Source of the DNA: Octopus bimaculoides
Taxonomy: Eukaryota
DNA length: 46,066 nt
Direction of reading: 5' to 3'
Assembly: GCF_001194135.2 (NCBI RefSeq)
Contig: NC_068987.1
Span: forward strand, 32,858,256 to 32,904,321
Shown in pieces: positions 25,745-37,368 of the stretch. The notes beneath the pieces are model-generated. The model saw only the letters and a list, made by a program, of their open reading frames with translations, had not been told where the DNA came from and ran no database searches. Position 1 is the stretch's first letter. The number at the start of each line of letters is the position of its first letter. The position numbers and the translations under genes are program-made.

Positions 25745-26058
25745 TTTGTCTAGAGTGTTGATACTCCATCTCTTCTATGTGAGGGCAGCTACTTATAGTT
25801 CCTTTCACCAGCTTTTGGCACTCTGATATTTGGATCGAGAAGTAACTCGCAATAAACCAGAATGAGCTCTTTGAAACTACCGGAAATGTGTTCGAAGAAG
25901 TTACTCTACCAGTATATGTGTCATAAACACGTGAGTATTTGTGAGGTCTAAACACAGAAATACCAAATCTCCCTTTGCTTTGTTTGCTTCTCTTAAGAAT
26001 TATGTGTTTGCTCCTGCACGTTCCATGCAATCAAGTGTTCCCACAACCTCACCTTTCT

Positions 26059-26242
26059 TTATTCTTTTCTACTCCAAGCACAAGGCCCGAAATTTTTAGA
26101 TCGACTCCATTACGCAACTGGTACTTAATTTATCGACCCCGAAAGGATAAAAGGCAAAGTCGACCTCGGTGGAATTTGAACTCAGAACGTAAAGATAGAC
26201 GAAATACCGCTAAGCATTTTGCCCTGCGTGCTAACGTTTCTG
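26059..26242 (-). mobile_element. SINE (GGCAGAAACGTTAGCAC family) with 7-bp TSD
   Basis: Homologous to 41144-41355 with an internal deletion near the 3' end. CCTTTCT at 26052-26058 and 26243-26249. Confidence 0.9.
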
Positions 26243-28412
26243 CCTTTCTGTATTGATGTGTCAATGTACAGGTTTTTTTGGAGTATGTTAGTCTACTGTT
26301 AGGACAAGATACTGAGAAATATTTTTTCCTTGAATGCTAAGAAGTGAGATGGCCCCGAACCGCTGTATCTTCTTAGAATTCTTCTTCTCGGTCAATCAAA
26401 TACAACAGCCTTATGTGACGACTCTTCCTCTCCGACAGATCCCTATCACTATCTTCGTCGGTTGCAATTGTTGAAGGTGCCTCGAGCAACTGTACCGCGC
26501 ACTGGTGGGCCCTAGAACGGAATCTTACGTTGATGCCTTATCAACTTTCTGAACTTTCTTTCAGCTTGTTTCATTCATGTCAAACGCAGTTGTTATGTTG
26601 CTGTGTCTATCAAGATATTGCGTGGGGCAAGTTCATGTTCTTATTTAAAGTCGCACTGGATGCTGGGAAGAAATGTTATTCTTACGTGTCACCAAACAGG
26701 ATCTTCGTAAAACTATCAGTCTTGAAATCAAATGAAAACGATAGATTTCTTGGCTCTTTCTAACCTCTTGTTTTGTGCCATTCTCCTCTATGAAAAGCGG
26801 CCAGCTACTTCATCAACGTGTTTCGCAGCCCCATCAGCGCTTGAATTTCCTCTTCGCTGGCCCCTTTGTATTGTTTGATGAACATTCGCAGCCCATGCCT
26901 GAGTTATTGCTTTTTCGTGACCCTGCATTTTCTTTGAAATACTTGTTGTTATATATTTCGATAAGTCTGAATCTAACAAAAACACATCCAACAATGTCAT
27001 CATAGTTTTCAGTTGTCTATCAATGTCACCCTTAGATGTTATCTGTAGGATCCTGCGCGCATCTTCGTCAAGCTGTATTACTTTCTCTTGTTTGTTGGAG
27101 GCTATTTCAACTACTGAGCTGCCCAACATAAGAAGCGCGTGTAGGGAGTGGGGGCGGATCTGTAGGGTAAGACCTGGATTTTAATCATGTACGTTCCATC
27201 AGATGGGAATCGTTATTTCTTTTACCAGACACGTCATTCTGACGTGATCTATTTTAAAACTTTGTAGATTCTTGTACTCTGCCGCATATACATCTTGTAT
27301 ATGCTGCACTGGCGTCGATTTGCTTGGCTAAAACAATCAAGGCTGTGTTGCAACATGACGGCAGTCCCTTGATTGAAACAAAGAAATAAAAGATAAAAGA
27401 CATACATATGTATGTACATATATATATATATATATATATATANNNNNNNNNNNNNNNNNNNNNNNNNNNNNNNNNNNNNNNNNNNNNNNNNNNNNNNNNN
27501 NNNNNNNNNNNNNNNNNNNNNNNNNNNNNNNNNNNNNNNNNNNNNNNNNNNNNNNNNNNNNNNNNNNNNNNNNNNNNNNNNNNNNNNNNNNNNNNNNNNN
27601 NNNNNNNNNNNNNNNNNNNNNNNNNNNNNNNNNNNNNNNNNNNNNNNNNNNNNNNNNNNNNNNNNNNNNNNNNNNNNNNNNNNNNNNNNNNNNNNNNNNN
27701 NNNNNNNNNNNNNNNNNNNNNNNNNNNNNNNNNNNNNNNNNNNNNNNNNNNNNNNNNNNNNNNNNNNNNNNNNNNNNNNNNNNNNNNNNNNNNNNNNNNN
27801 NNNNNNNNNNNNNNNNNNNNNNNNNNNNNNNNNNNNNNNNNNNNNNNNNNNNNNNNNNNNNNNNNNNNNNNNNNNNNNNNNNNNNNNNNNNNNNNNNNNN
27901 NNNNNNNNNNNNNNNNNNNNNNNNNNNNNNNNNNNNNNNNNNNNNNNNNNNNNNNNNNNNNNNNNNNNNNNNNNNNNNNNNNNNNNNNNNNNNNNNNNNN
28001 NNNNNNNNNNNNNNNNNNNNNNNNNNNNNNNNNNNNNNNNNNNNNNNNNNNNNNNNNNNNNNNNNNNNNNNNNNNNNNNNNNNNNNNNNNNNNNNNNNNN
28101 NNNNNNNNNNNNNNNNNNNNNNNNNNNNNNNNNNNNNNNNNNNNNNNNNNNNNNNNNNNNNNNNNNNNNNNNNNNNNNNNNNNNNNNNNNNNNNNNNNNN
28201 NNNNNNNNNNNNNNNNNNNNNNNNNNNNNNNNNNNNNNNNNNNNNNNNNNNNNNNNNNNNNNNNNNNNNNNNNNNNNNNNNNNNNNNNNNNNNNNNNNNN
28301 NNNNNNNNNNNNNNNNNNNNNNNNNNNNNNNNNNNNNNNNNNNNNNNNNNNNNNNNNNNNNNNNNNNNNNNNNNNNNNNNNNNNNNNNNNNNNNNNNNNN
28401 NNNNNNNNNNNN

Positions 28413-28450
<38 letters not shown>

Positions 28451-29232
28451 GTATGTACGAATGCGTATATGCATGAACACATACATACATATATGTGTGT
28501 GTGTATGTGTTTGTGTGTATATATATATAGATGCACATCACAAACGCACACACACATACACAGACACCCACACATATACACATACAAGCATATATATACG
28601 GAAACGTGTGTGTACAGATGTGTATTTACGTTGTATAAACAGAAAAGATGAGAACGGTTACATACCCATCGAAAATAAAGTTTATTATGCTCGCAGACCT
28701 GGCGGAAAATTCTGATTAAGTTGTTTCCTCTCCAAAGCCACTTCAAATAAAAACGAAAACGAATACAAACATATATACTCTCTCTCACACACAAACACAT
28801 ACACACACACACATAGATATGCACACAAGTTCTTGTGTGTGTGTATATATATACATATATATATATATCGACAGATAGATAAATAGGTAGATAGGTAGAT
28901 ATACATATACATAATTTATATGCACTTACATTTATATACGTACAAGTATTGTGTAGGTGTGCATATATCTTTGTATAACAATGTATCCATTTAGATATAT
29001 AAACATACGTGATGCACTTATACGCAATACAATTTCTTTATGTATATATGTGTTTTGCATATGTATGTTTTTGTGTTTAAACTCTACCCTCTACATAAAT
29101 CAAAAGCCACACACGAAACCAAATGTATTTTGTCGAACTCATGATTATGGATTAAATCTTTATTCACTCTCAAATATTTCTTTGAGTTCCTTTGAGTTCG
29201 AGACTTATGTCTTTTGAACTGGTCACCACCTG

Positions 29233-29267
<35 letters not shown>

Positions 29268-30884
29268 NNNNNNNNNNNNNNNNNNNNNNNNNNNNNNNNN
29301 NNNNNNNNNNNNNNNNNNNNNNNNNNNNNNNNNNNNNNNNNNNNNNNNNNNNNNNNNNNNNNNNNNNNNNNNNNNNNNNNNNNNNNNNNNNNNNNNNNNN
29401 NNNNNNNNNNNNNNNNNNNNNNNNNNNNNNNNNNNNNNNNNNNNNNNNNNNNNNNNNNNNNNNNNNNNNNNNNNNNNNNNNNNNNNNNNNNNNNNNNNNN
29501 NNNNNNNNNNNNNNNNNNNNNNNNNNNNNNNNNNNNNNNNNNNNNNNNNNNNNNNNNNNNNNNNNNNNNNNNNNNNNNNNNNNNNNNNNNNNNNNNNNNN
29601 NNNNNNNNNNNNNNNNNNNNNNNNNNNNNNNNNNNNNNNNNNNNNNNNNNNNNNNNNNNNNNNNNNNNNNNNNNNNNNNNNNNNNNNNNNNNNNNNNNNN
29701 NNNNNNNNNNNNNNNNNNNNNNNNNNNNNNNNNNNNNNNNNNNNNNNNNNNNNNNNNNNNNNNNNNNNNNNNNNNNNNNNNNNNNNNNNNNNNNNNNNNN
29801 NNNNNNNNNNNNNNNNNNNNNNNNNNNNNNNNNNNNNNNNNNNNNNNNATATATATATATATATATATACATACATGTACATACAAATACACATAAACAT
29901 GCACACATATAATGGTTACATGTATACACGTATACTTGTTCGTTGGTTTCTATGGTTCAGGAAATCTGTGCGTCAACGGGTGATTTCACTGGTAAATCTT
30001 TATGACAAACAAGGTAATATAAAGAAATAACAAGTTTTGTTTTAAACCTTGGCTTGCGACATCTCGCCCTTTGTAGTCTGTTATATTGTCCTCATGACAG
30101 GCATAAAGAATGTTATATAATGTTCTATTACGCTATGTTATGTTTCAGTTATGGTATATCATAAACCACCGGTAGTTTTCATATATTTACGACAGTATAG
30201 AGCGAACGAGACGGTTTTAATCTTGAAGTGATAAAATAAAATTTAAATAAAAAGACGAAAGAAAAATCTTTTATGCTATCTTTTATATAAAACCTGGCTG
30301 TCTGTACAAACAAAATATTAAGTAGTACATCAGCTGATTTTAATTACATGATGGTGAAATTATTAAACATATAATATTAAATACATCAAAACTATACACG
30401 TATCAATCACCACACGTACAATAAGAATGCATTCATACAAACGTATACACATTCACATAAAACCCCCACAAGGATTTGTCTTGCTCTTTTCTTTCATATT
30501 CTTTATCAGTATAGTTGTTAATAATGTTTTATTGTTCGTACTTTCTTGTTACTTGAGGATATTGGTTCGTCTTGTTGAGTCTAGTCATTGTGAACAGTTA
30601 TTAAAAGTTAAAATATAATAAACAACAAACAAATACGTCAGACAAAAGAAACGAGGTTTTGTTAAAGCGACATACAACGTAGTTTCTCATGGAGATTCTT
30701 GCAAAATTAATAATCTTACACAATAATCACACAAAAGCATAAAAAAACAACGACAAAGGCAACTACAAAACAAAGAAAGCAACAAAGAAGAACAACGACG
30801 ACGACTGCAACAACAAATAAAAGCACAATAAGGATAGTACTAAAAGAAATACTAATAACACTGCTGATACAACCGCTAACATTA

Positions 30885-30895
30885 CAACAACAACA

Positions 30896-30975
<80 letters not shown>

Positions 30976-30988
30976 CACTACTACTACC

Positions 30989-31026
<38 letters not shown>

Positions 31027-31075
31027 CACTGCTGCTGCTGCTGCTGCTGCTTCTACAACTAGATGTAGTAGTAGT
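30885..31075. repeat. compound trinucleotide microsatellite (ACA/ACT/ACC/GCT, then TAG)
   Basis: Direct reading. Confidence 0.95.
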
Positions 31076-31167
31076 NNNNNNNNNNNNNNNNNNNNNNNNN
31101 NNNNNNNNNNNNNNNNNNNNNNNNNNNNNNNNNNNNNNNAGTAAAACGTATATTGTATAGATGTGGA

Positions 31168-31265
31168 GACAAGAAGAAGAAGAAGGAGAAGAAGAAGAAG
31201 AAGAAGAAGAAGAAGAAGAAGAAGAAGAAGAAGAAGAACAACAACAACAACAACAACAACAACAA
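31168..31265. repeat. (AAG)n(AAC)n microsatellite
   Basis: Direct reading. Confidence 0.95.
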
Positions 31266-31814
31266 CTGGCTCCCGGTTGGATTATAAAAGATGAAAGATG
31301 GAGCATGCTACTGTGAAGTATTCCAATAACATCACCAGAAGAAAATAATGGAAAATAAAATTAAATGTGATATAAAAACTAAAATAAATTCGCAGACTCT
31401 TTTCCTCCTACTCTACATCCATGAAAGATTTGTGATCTTATTTCCTTGAACTGACGGTATGTCAAGCAAAAATCTTATTGTCATTCTTTCTATACATGAA
31501 ACCAATTATTCTTTTTTTTCATATCATGGAAATTTACATAAAAAAGAAGCATGAAGTTTAAGAGAACATACTGTCACCCCTTCTAGCACATTAGACAATA
31601 ACATACACAAATAGGTCAATAAACAAAATGCAGGTTCATACAAGACTATATTTAATATATCATTATGCAAGCATGTTTCACTAATATAAATATAATTAAC
31701 CTTTTGCAACGAAGTCTACTGAGACTTCGAAAGTAAAGACGGAACTAGTTTTATGAGAAACAACTTCAATGTCGTTACTATTTATCAAACTATCAATAAC
31801 TGTTGCCTTTGCAG

Positions 31815-32050
31815 ATTTTACGTACACAAGACACAGAACATTCATTCTCCATTTACGCCAGTTAACCAACAACCTAATGCATTTCACTGCTTTTTACTTT
31901 CGGCATTCCTTGATCTTTCTCAACCATCCACGTCGTGGTTTCTCTCTATTTCTTCTAGCGAGTGTTTTTCTTATGAACAATCCTTATCGCCAATGATTGT
32001 GTATCATGGTGTCGAAATAACTTTAGTTTTCGCTTTCGAACAATCGAGGG
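31815..32050 (-). mobile_element. RTE-like LINE 3' coding remnant
   Basis: KLKLFRHHDTQSLAIRIV (~KLKWFGH..RHDSLAKTIL), RRNREKPRRGWLRKIKE (~RRRGRPR..W.DNIKE), LLVNWRKWR (~DR..WR). Confidence 0.55.
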
Positions 32051-32161
32051 TAGAAGCAATTTGTTCTAAATACTCTAGTTATTACGAGATAATCTGTTTA
32101 AAATATATTCCAAACTCAATAAATAACAAATGTACTTTTATCGGTGCCACGTTGCGTGCGA

Positions 32162-32391
32162 TCTACCGAGGCATTTACATTTTAGCGTGCATTTTCGTGT
32201 GCAGTACCCTAATCCAAAGAAGAAAACCTAACCCTAGGAAGAAAATCTAACCCGAACCCTAAAATCTAACCATAATCCGAAATCCTAAACCCCAATCCTA
32301 ACCCGAAACCTTACCATAACCCTAAACTCTAAACTAGTTCTTAACGCTGTTCAGATAATTTCCTAGCGCAGATTACGGATCCTGCGGTAGA
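32162..32391. mobile_element. short element with imperfect inverted termini and internal degenerate (CCCTAA)n
   Basis: Left TCTACCGAGG versus reverse complement of the right end TCTACCGCAGG. 32206-32335 is a degenerate AACCCT/AATCCT array. Confidence 0.55.
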
Positions 32392-32684
32392 CTGTACGTC
32401 AAAGTAGTACCCTTTTATCAGAGATTGGCCCAGGGTTGATTCAAATAGGAAAAAACATCTATCATTTAAGGGTTAAAAATCAACATTTATCATTACCTTA
32501 AAAAAAAAAAAATCTCTTGTGAAGGGAAAAGACAACATTAATCTCACTCAGCTAATTTTATTTTTTAGCTCCACGTCAGCTGTAATCCAACTGACTAATA
32601 GTCAAAACCCATAACCATCCAGCCATAAATATACATAGCGGATTATCTTTAGTGTCCCTCCTATGCCAGTAAATCTGATTTATT

Positions 32685-32845
32685 TTTGTTTAGCCCCAGG
32701 TAAGTTCAGTTTGAGCCGAACTATGATGAAAGCCATTTTAGCCGTGACAATCTCATTTTTTTTACAAAGGTGCTGTTTCTTAAGAGAGTGTTTTTATATG
32801 AGATGAGGGAGATATGACTGCTATTTTTTGCAGATCAAACGACCA
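32685..32845 (-). mobile_element. SINE 3' domain (family of 21860-22028)
   Basis: TTGTTTAGCCCCAGG...ACTGCTATTTTTTGCAGATCAAACGACCAC is a reverse-complement homologue. Confidence 0.55.
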
Positions 32846-34036
32846 CACGCGCGCGTTCGTATAGGTGTGTGAATGTGCATACGTGTATATATATGCTAAT
32901 GCACGAGTGCAGGAAACATTACTACGCCTACATATACTCATTATCTTCAAAAAGGTTAATTAATGCTAGAAAATCCACCCGTCTACGATGGAGGCATAAA
33001 ATGAGGGAGGTAAGTCATAACAGCAGTATGTATTGAGAAATGTGTAAAGGGACTTGATAGATTACTGGGTGATGTCTTAGGGAAATCACATCATTGTTGG
33101 TGATACAACATTCTATTGCAGCTATATATGTGCTTGCGACGAAGTGACATGTGATGACGATTCACTCCCAAACTAAAATAGGCTCTCACCCTCTGTATCA
33201 TGAATAGTTATGTGGACTACCCCTAACGAAAGCCAGAGCTTCCATCGACCACTTCATAAAAAGTTTTAACAAAAAAATGTTATTTAAATATACTTTTATT
33301 TTAGTTGTTTACACAACTTTGCGCTTGTTTTATACTCTTATACACACACAAAGTTCACAAGTTTTCACATTTAAATTACGAATCATATTCTTTTCGATAA
33401 TATCAATATGATTACCAAACTTCTTTGTAGACGATATTTTCTGTTTGGTCGACAGTAATTATTGGAGCCCGTTGCTCTACTCATATCGAAGTATGACTGG
33501 CCGAGTGTAAACATCGGTGTGGGTAAAAATGCACCTACACGATCTAAAGTCTGGCCCTCTGCCTTGTTTTATGTGAATGTGCGAGCGGAATCTTTGGGGT
33601 TGCAAAAAAATCAAATTAAGATTTACCTCTCACTGTTCTATGCCAATAATGTCTGGATGTTCCGCAACCTTGGGTTATTTTGATTGACAAAACTGAGACG
33701 TAAACAACAGCCGCTTCGATTAACCGTTTCGAATCCTGCAGGAGATTGATACACTTCAATATCAATTAAATAATCACACACACTATAAACTGACATACCA
33801 CACTTTTCCCATTTTATTTTCGCGATTAACCATCCTCGCAATCCCCTTCGTACCTGTGATGGGGGAGAAAGAGAGTAAGACGGAAGAGAGAAAGAGAGTA
33901 GGGGTGAAGAGAAGTAGGAGTGAAGAAAAGTTAAGAGACGTAGGAGTCGGAGCAAGAGAGGAGTGGTGGGTAGGAGGAAGTAAGAGGGAGGGGAGAGGGG
34001 AAGAGAGGCAGAGAGGAAAGAGAAAAAGGCAGGAGG

Positions 34037-34375
34037 TTAGATGAAGTGGGGTGGAGAGTGGAACCCATGTGGCGCAAAGGAGCGAAGAGAGAAGATTAAT
34101 CCATGTTCACAGCGCAAACGGGAGTCCGGATGGCCCCTGTGCAAGGACAATGAGAACGGACAGGTGTTGCAAAGAGTGACCGGTAGAACGGAAATGGCGT
34201 GACGCCAGGGTATCATTACCAAGGCGGATGTCTCGGAGGTGTTTTTCCGATGTACAGAGAATGGCAGAGAAAGCAGGAGATGCAATAGATGTCATTGGTA
34301 GAAGTTCAGGTGAAAGAGTTGGTGATGCGGTAGGGTCGATGATGGGTGCCGGTGAGGAGGGGAGGAGGGTAGTGT
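34037..34375 (-). mobile_element. Penelope-like element, GIY-YIG domain
   Basis: NDIYCISCFLCHSLYIG, HLRDIRLGNDTLASRHFRSTGHSLQ, SRLRCEHGLIFSLRSFAPHG*. A pyrimidine-rich 3' region (on the minus strand) follows at 33855-34036. Confidence 0.9.
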
Positions 34376-34388
34376 ATATGTATATGTA

Positions 34389-34427
<39 letters not shown>

Positions 34428-35401
34428 NNNNNNNNNNNNNNNNNNNNNNNNNNNNNNNNNNNNNNNNNNNNNNNNNNNNNNNNNNNNNNNNNNNNNNNNN
34501 NNNNNNNNNNNNNNNNNNNNNNNNNNNNNNNNNNNNNNNNNNNNNNNNNNNNNNNNNNNNNNNNNNNNNNNNNNNNNNNNNNNNNNNNNNNNNNNNNNNN
34601 NNNNNNNNNNNNNNNNNNNNNNNNNNNNNNNNNNNNNNNNNNNNNNNNNNNNNNNNNNNNNNNNNNNNNNNNNNNNNNNNNNNNNNNNNNNNNNNNNNNN
34701 NNNNNNNNNNNNNNNNNNNNNNNNNNNNNNNNNNNNNNNNNNNNNNNNNNNNNNNNNNNNNNNNNNNNNNNNNNNNNNNNNNNNNNNNNNNNNNNNNNNN
34801 NNNNNNNNNNNNNNNNNNNNNNNNNNNNNNNNNNNNNNNNNNNNNNNNNNNNNNNNNNNNNNNNNNNNNNNNNNNNNNNNNNNNNNNNNNNNNNNNNNNN
34901 NNNNNNNNNNNNNNNNNNNNNNNNNNNNNNNNNNNNNNNNNNNNNNNNNNNNNNNNNNNNNNNNNNNNNNNNNNNNNNNNNNNNNNNNNNNNNNNNNNNN
35001 NNNNNNNNNNNNNNNNNNNNNNNNNNNNNNNNNNNNNNNNNNNNNNNNNNNNNNNNNNNNNNNNNNNNNNNNNNNNNNNNNNNNNNNNNNNNNNNNNNNN
35101 NNNNNNNNNNNNNNNNNNNNNNNNNNNNNNNNNNNNNNNNNNNNNNNNNNNNNNNNNNNNNNNNNNNNNNNNNNNNNNNNNNNNNNNNNNNNNNNNNNNN
35201 NNNNNNNNNNNNNNNNNNNNNNNNNNNNNNNNNNNNNNNNNNNNNNNNNNNNNNNNNNNNNNNNNNNNNNNNNNNNNNNNNNNNGAATAATTTGACCTCG
35301 GATAAATCTTAGGCTCTTCATTTGATTTTTTTAATTAAAAATAAATAATATTGCTTTATATTTAAGATTCACTTCTTTAAAAAGGTTCCTCAATGTCAAC
35401 G

Positions 35402-36609
35402 TCCGGTATTGACGTAACAACCGCAAAAAGCTTCACTCTCTATTTTGTGTGTGAGTGTGTGTATTCGTGTGTATGAGAGAGAGCGAGAGAGAGAGAGTAA
35501 ATACTACATACACACCGCTCTCTCACTCTGTCTCACACACATACACACGCACACACACACACCCTTTGACTCACTCACACTCTGTCTCTTACAAACACAC
35601 ACATACATAAATGCATACAAGCATTTACAAAGACACACGTGTGTATGCGCGCGAGTGCGTGTTTGTAAGAGACAAAGTGTGAGTGAGTCAAGGGCTGTGT
35701 TGTCATATGCATACATCCAAAGATGTATGTATATTTATCCATGTACGTATACATGACAACAAACCTCTCTCTCTCTCACTCACGCTCTGTCTCTTACAAA
35801 CACACACATACATATATGTATACAAACATATTTACAAAGACACATGTGTGTACGCGCGCGCGCGTGCTCCGGTATTGACGTAACAACCGCAAAAAGCTTC
35901 ACTCTCTATTTTGTGTGTGAGTGTGTGTGTTCGTGTGTATGAGAGAGAGAGAGAGAGTGAATACTACATACACACCGCTCTCTCACTCTGTCTCACACAC
36001 ATACACACGCACACTCACACCCCTTGACTCACTTATACTCTGTCTCTTACAAACACACACATACATAAATATATACAAACTTATTTACAAAGACACACGT
36101 GTGTATGCGCGCGCGTGCGTGTTTGTAAGAGACAGAGAGTGAGTGAGTCAAGGGCTGTGTTGTCATATGCATACATCCAAAGATGTATGTATATTTATGC
36201 ATGTACGTATACATAACAACAAACCTCTCTCTTTCACTCACACTCTGTCTCTTACAAGCACACACATACATAAATGTATACAAACATATTTAAAAAGACA
36301 CACGTGTGTATGCGCACGCGCGGGGTTTCCACAATCGCCATTTATTTCAATTACTCTTGTGACGATATTCACGTAAATCATTTTTTTCATTTAATCCCTA
36401 TTTTAATTTTCGTAAAAGTTTCCAAGTACCATTGAGGCTTTTTGGCACATCTTCAATTTTCCCCATTCACAAGAGGCGCCCAGCCATCATTCATCTGAGA
36501 GTCCATCTACAGAATGTCCTCAAATTTCTATACAGCATATTTTGCCTTTTTTTCTTCAAGTATATAAGCAACAATTTCATTCCCGAGCAACGCCGGGTGC
36601 CTCTGCTAG
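35402..36609 (+). mobile_element. non-autonomous Helitron-like element with two ~466-bp tandem units
   Basis: Units start TCCGGTATTGACGTAACAACCGC at 35402 and 35868. 3' hairpin CCCGAGCAACGCCGGG at 36582-36597, then CTAG|T at 36606-36610. The 5' end was not located and may lie in the gap. Confidence 0.8.
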
Positions 36610-36851
36610 TATATTATAACTCCTTGTCGTATGGTATTTCTTGTATTAATCATGCATGCAACAGCTGGAATGGATAAATATTGTAAGTGTCCGTCCATTG
36701 TTAATAAAGCTACTTAGTTGCATCATAAACAGAACTGGAGATATTCTTCATCCAATCATCTCACGTATTACTCTGAATGTTCACTTCAGTATTATTTCCT
36801 ATTTTTGTATTGTGATACACACACATACAAACACTCACGTGCGTGCACGCA

Positions 36852-36886
<35 letters not shown>

Positions 36887-36923
36887 ACACATATTATAAA
36901 TGATTGATACGGATGTCAGCGTT

Positions 36924-37368
36924 TACTGGAACCATTATTACAAGCACAACGATCGTTTCGGTCTGTACTGTTCTCTAATGGGTGGGGAACGATATCGTGG
37001 AATCGAATGCACCCAATAGTGCAGAAGAGTCGTCATCGGATTATATAATAGACCTCAGTGTTATAAGATATAAAAAGATCTTTACATTGGATTTTTGTAT
37101 TCTTTGTCACCTACTCCGTGAACATACACCAGTCATCGCGTCTCATTAAAATATTTGTGAATTACCCTAAACACACATATGCTACCAACACCATCCAGCC
37201 GCATATATTAGTAAAATGTACGTCTTATTACACTGAAGCATATTATATAACCTGAAGAAGTTTTCTTCTACACTATCGGGTGCATTCGATTTCAATCGTA
37301 CCCCACGAGCCAGGGAGCAGTACAGAAGTAAGCCGAAACGATCGTTGTGCTTAATAAAGCTTCTAATA
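36924..37368. repeat. inverted repeat, ~105-bp arms and ~235-bp spacer
   Basis: 36924-37028 matches the reverse complement of 37264-37368 (AAGCACAACGATCGTTTCGG...AATCGAATGCACCC.ATAGTG.AGAAGA). Confidence 0.9.

Larger units (their letters stand above)
23420..27390 (-). mobile_element. near-full-length decayed HERO-like RLE non-LTR retrotransposon with two nested insertions
   Basis: Collinear on minus: N-terminal zinc finger CICGRV/KNLQSFKI.HVRMTCL (~27290); LDEDARRILQITSKGDIDRQLKTM; KNSKKIQRFGAISLLSIQGK, LYIDTSIQKG; LREANKAKGDLVFLCLDLTN; QKLVKGTISSC; PPKRDIIDDLIVTT (~FMDD, 24835-24870); LTKVDKCRLP; GRKC..ERLKEK; GTMA..RHDQ; RLE PYIIIF..STK..DMTEP...MEEARKTKFAK.QELLE; HSITETAKK. Confidence 0.85.

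Noticed and set aside
31790-31996. Plus-strand acceptor (TTGCCTTTGCAG) and open frame as a host exon
   Set aside because: No recognisable protein or donor site, and the opposite strand matches an RTE 3' end.
33440-33760. Tc1/mariner remnant
   Set aside because: Only vague resemblance; no WPPxSPDLNP motif or TIR was identifiable.
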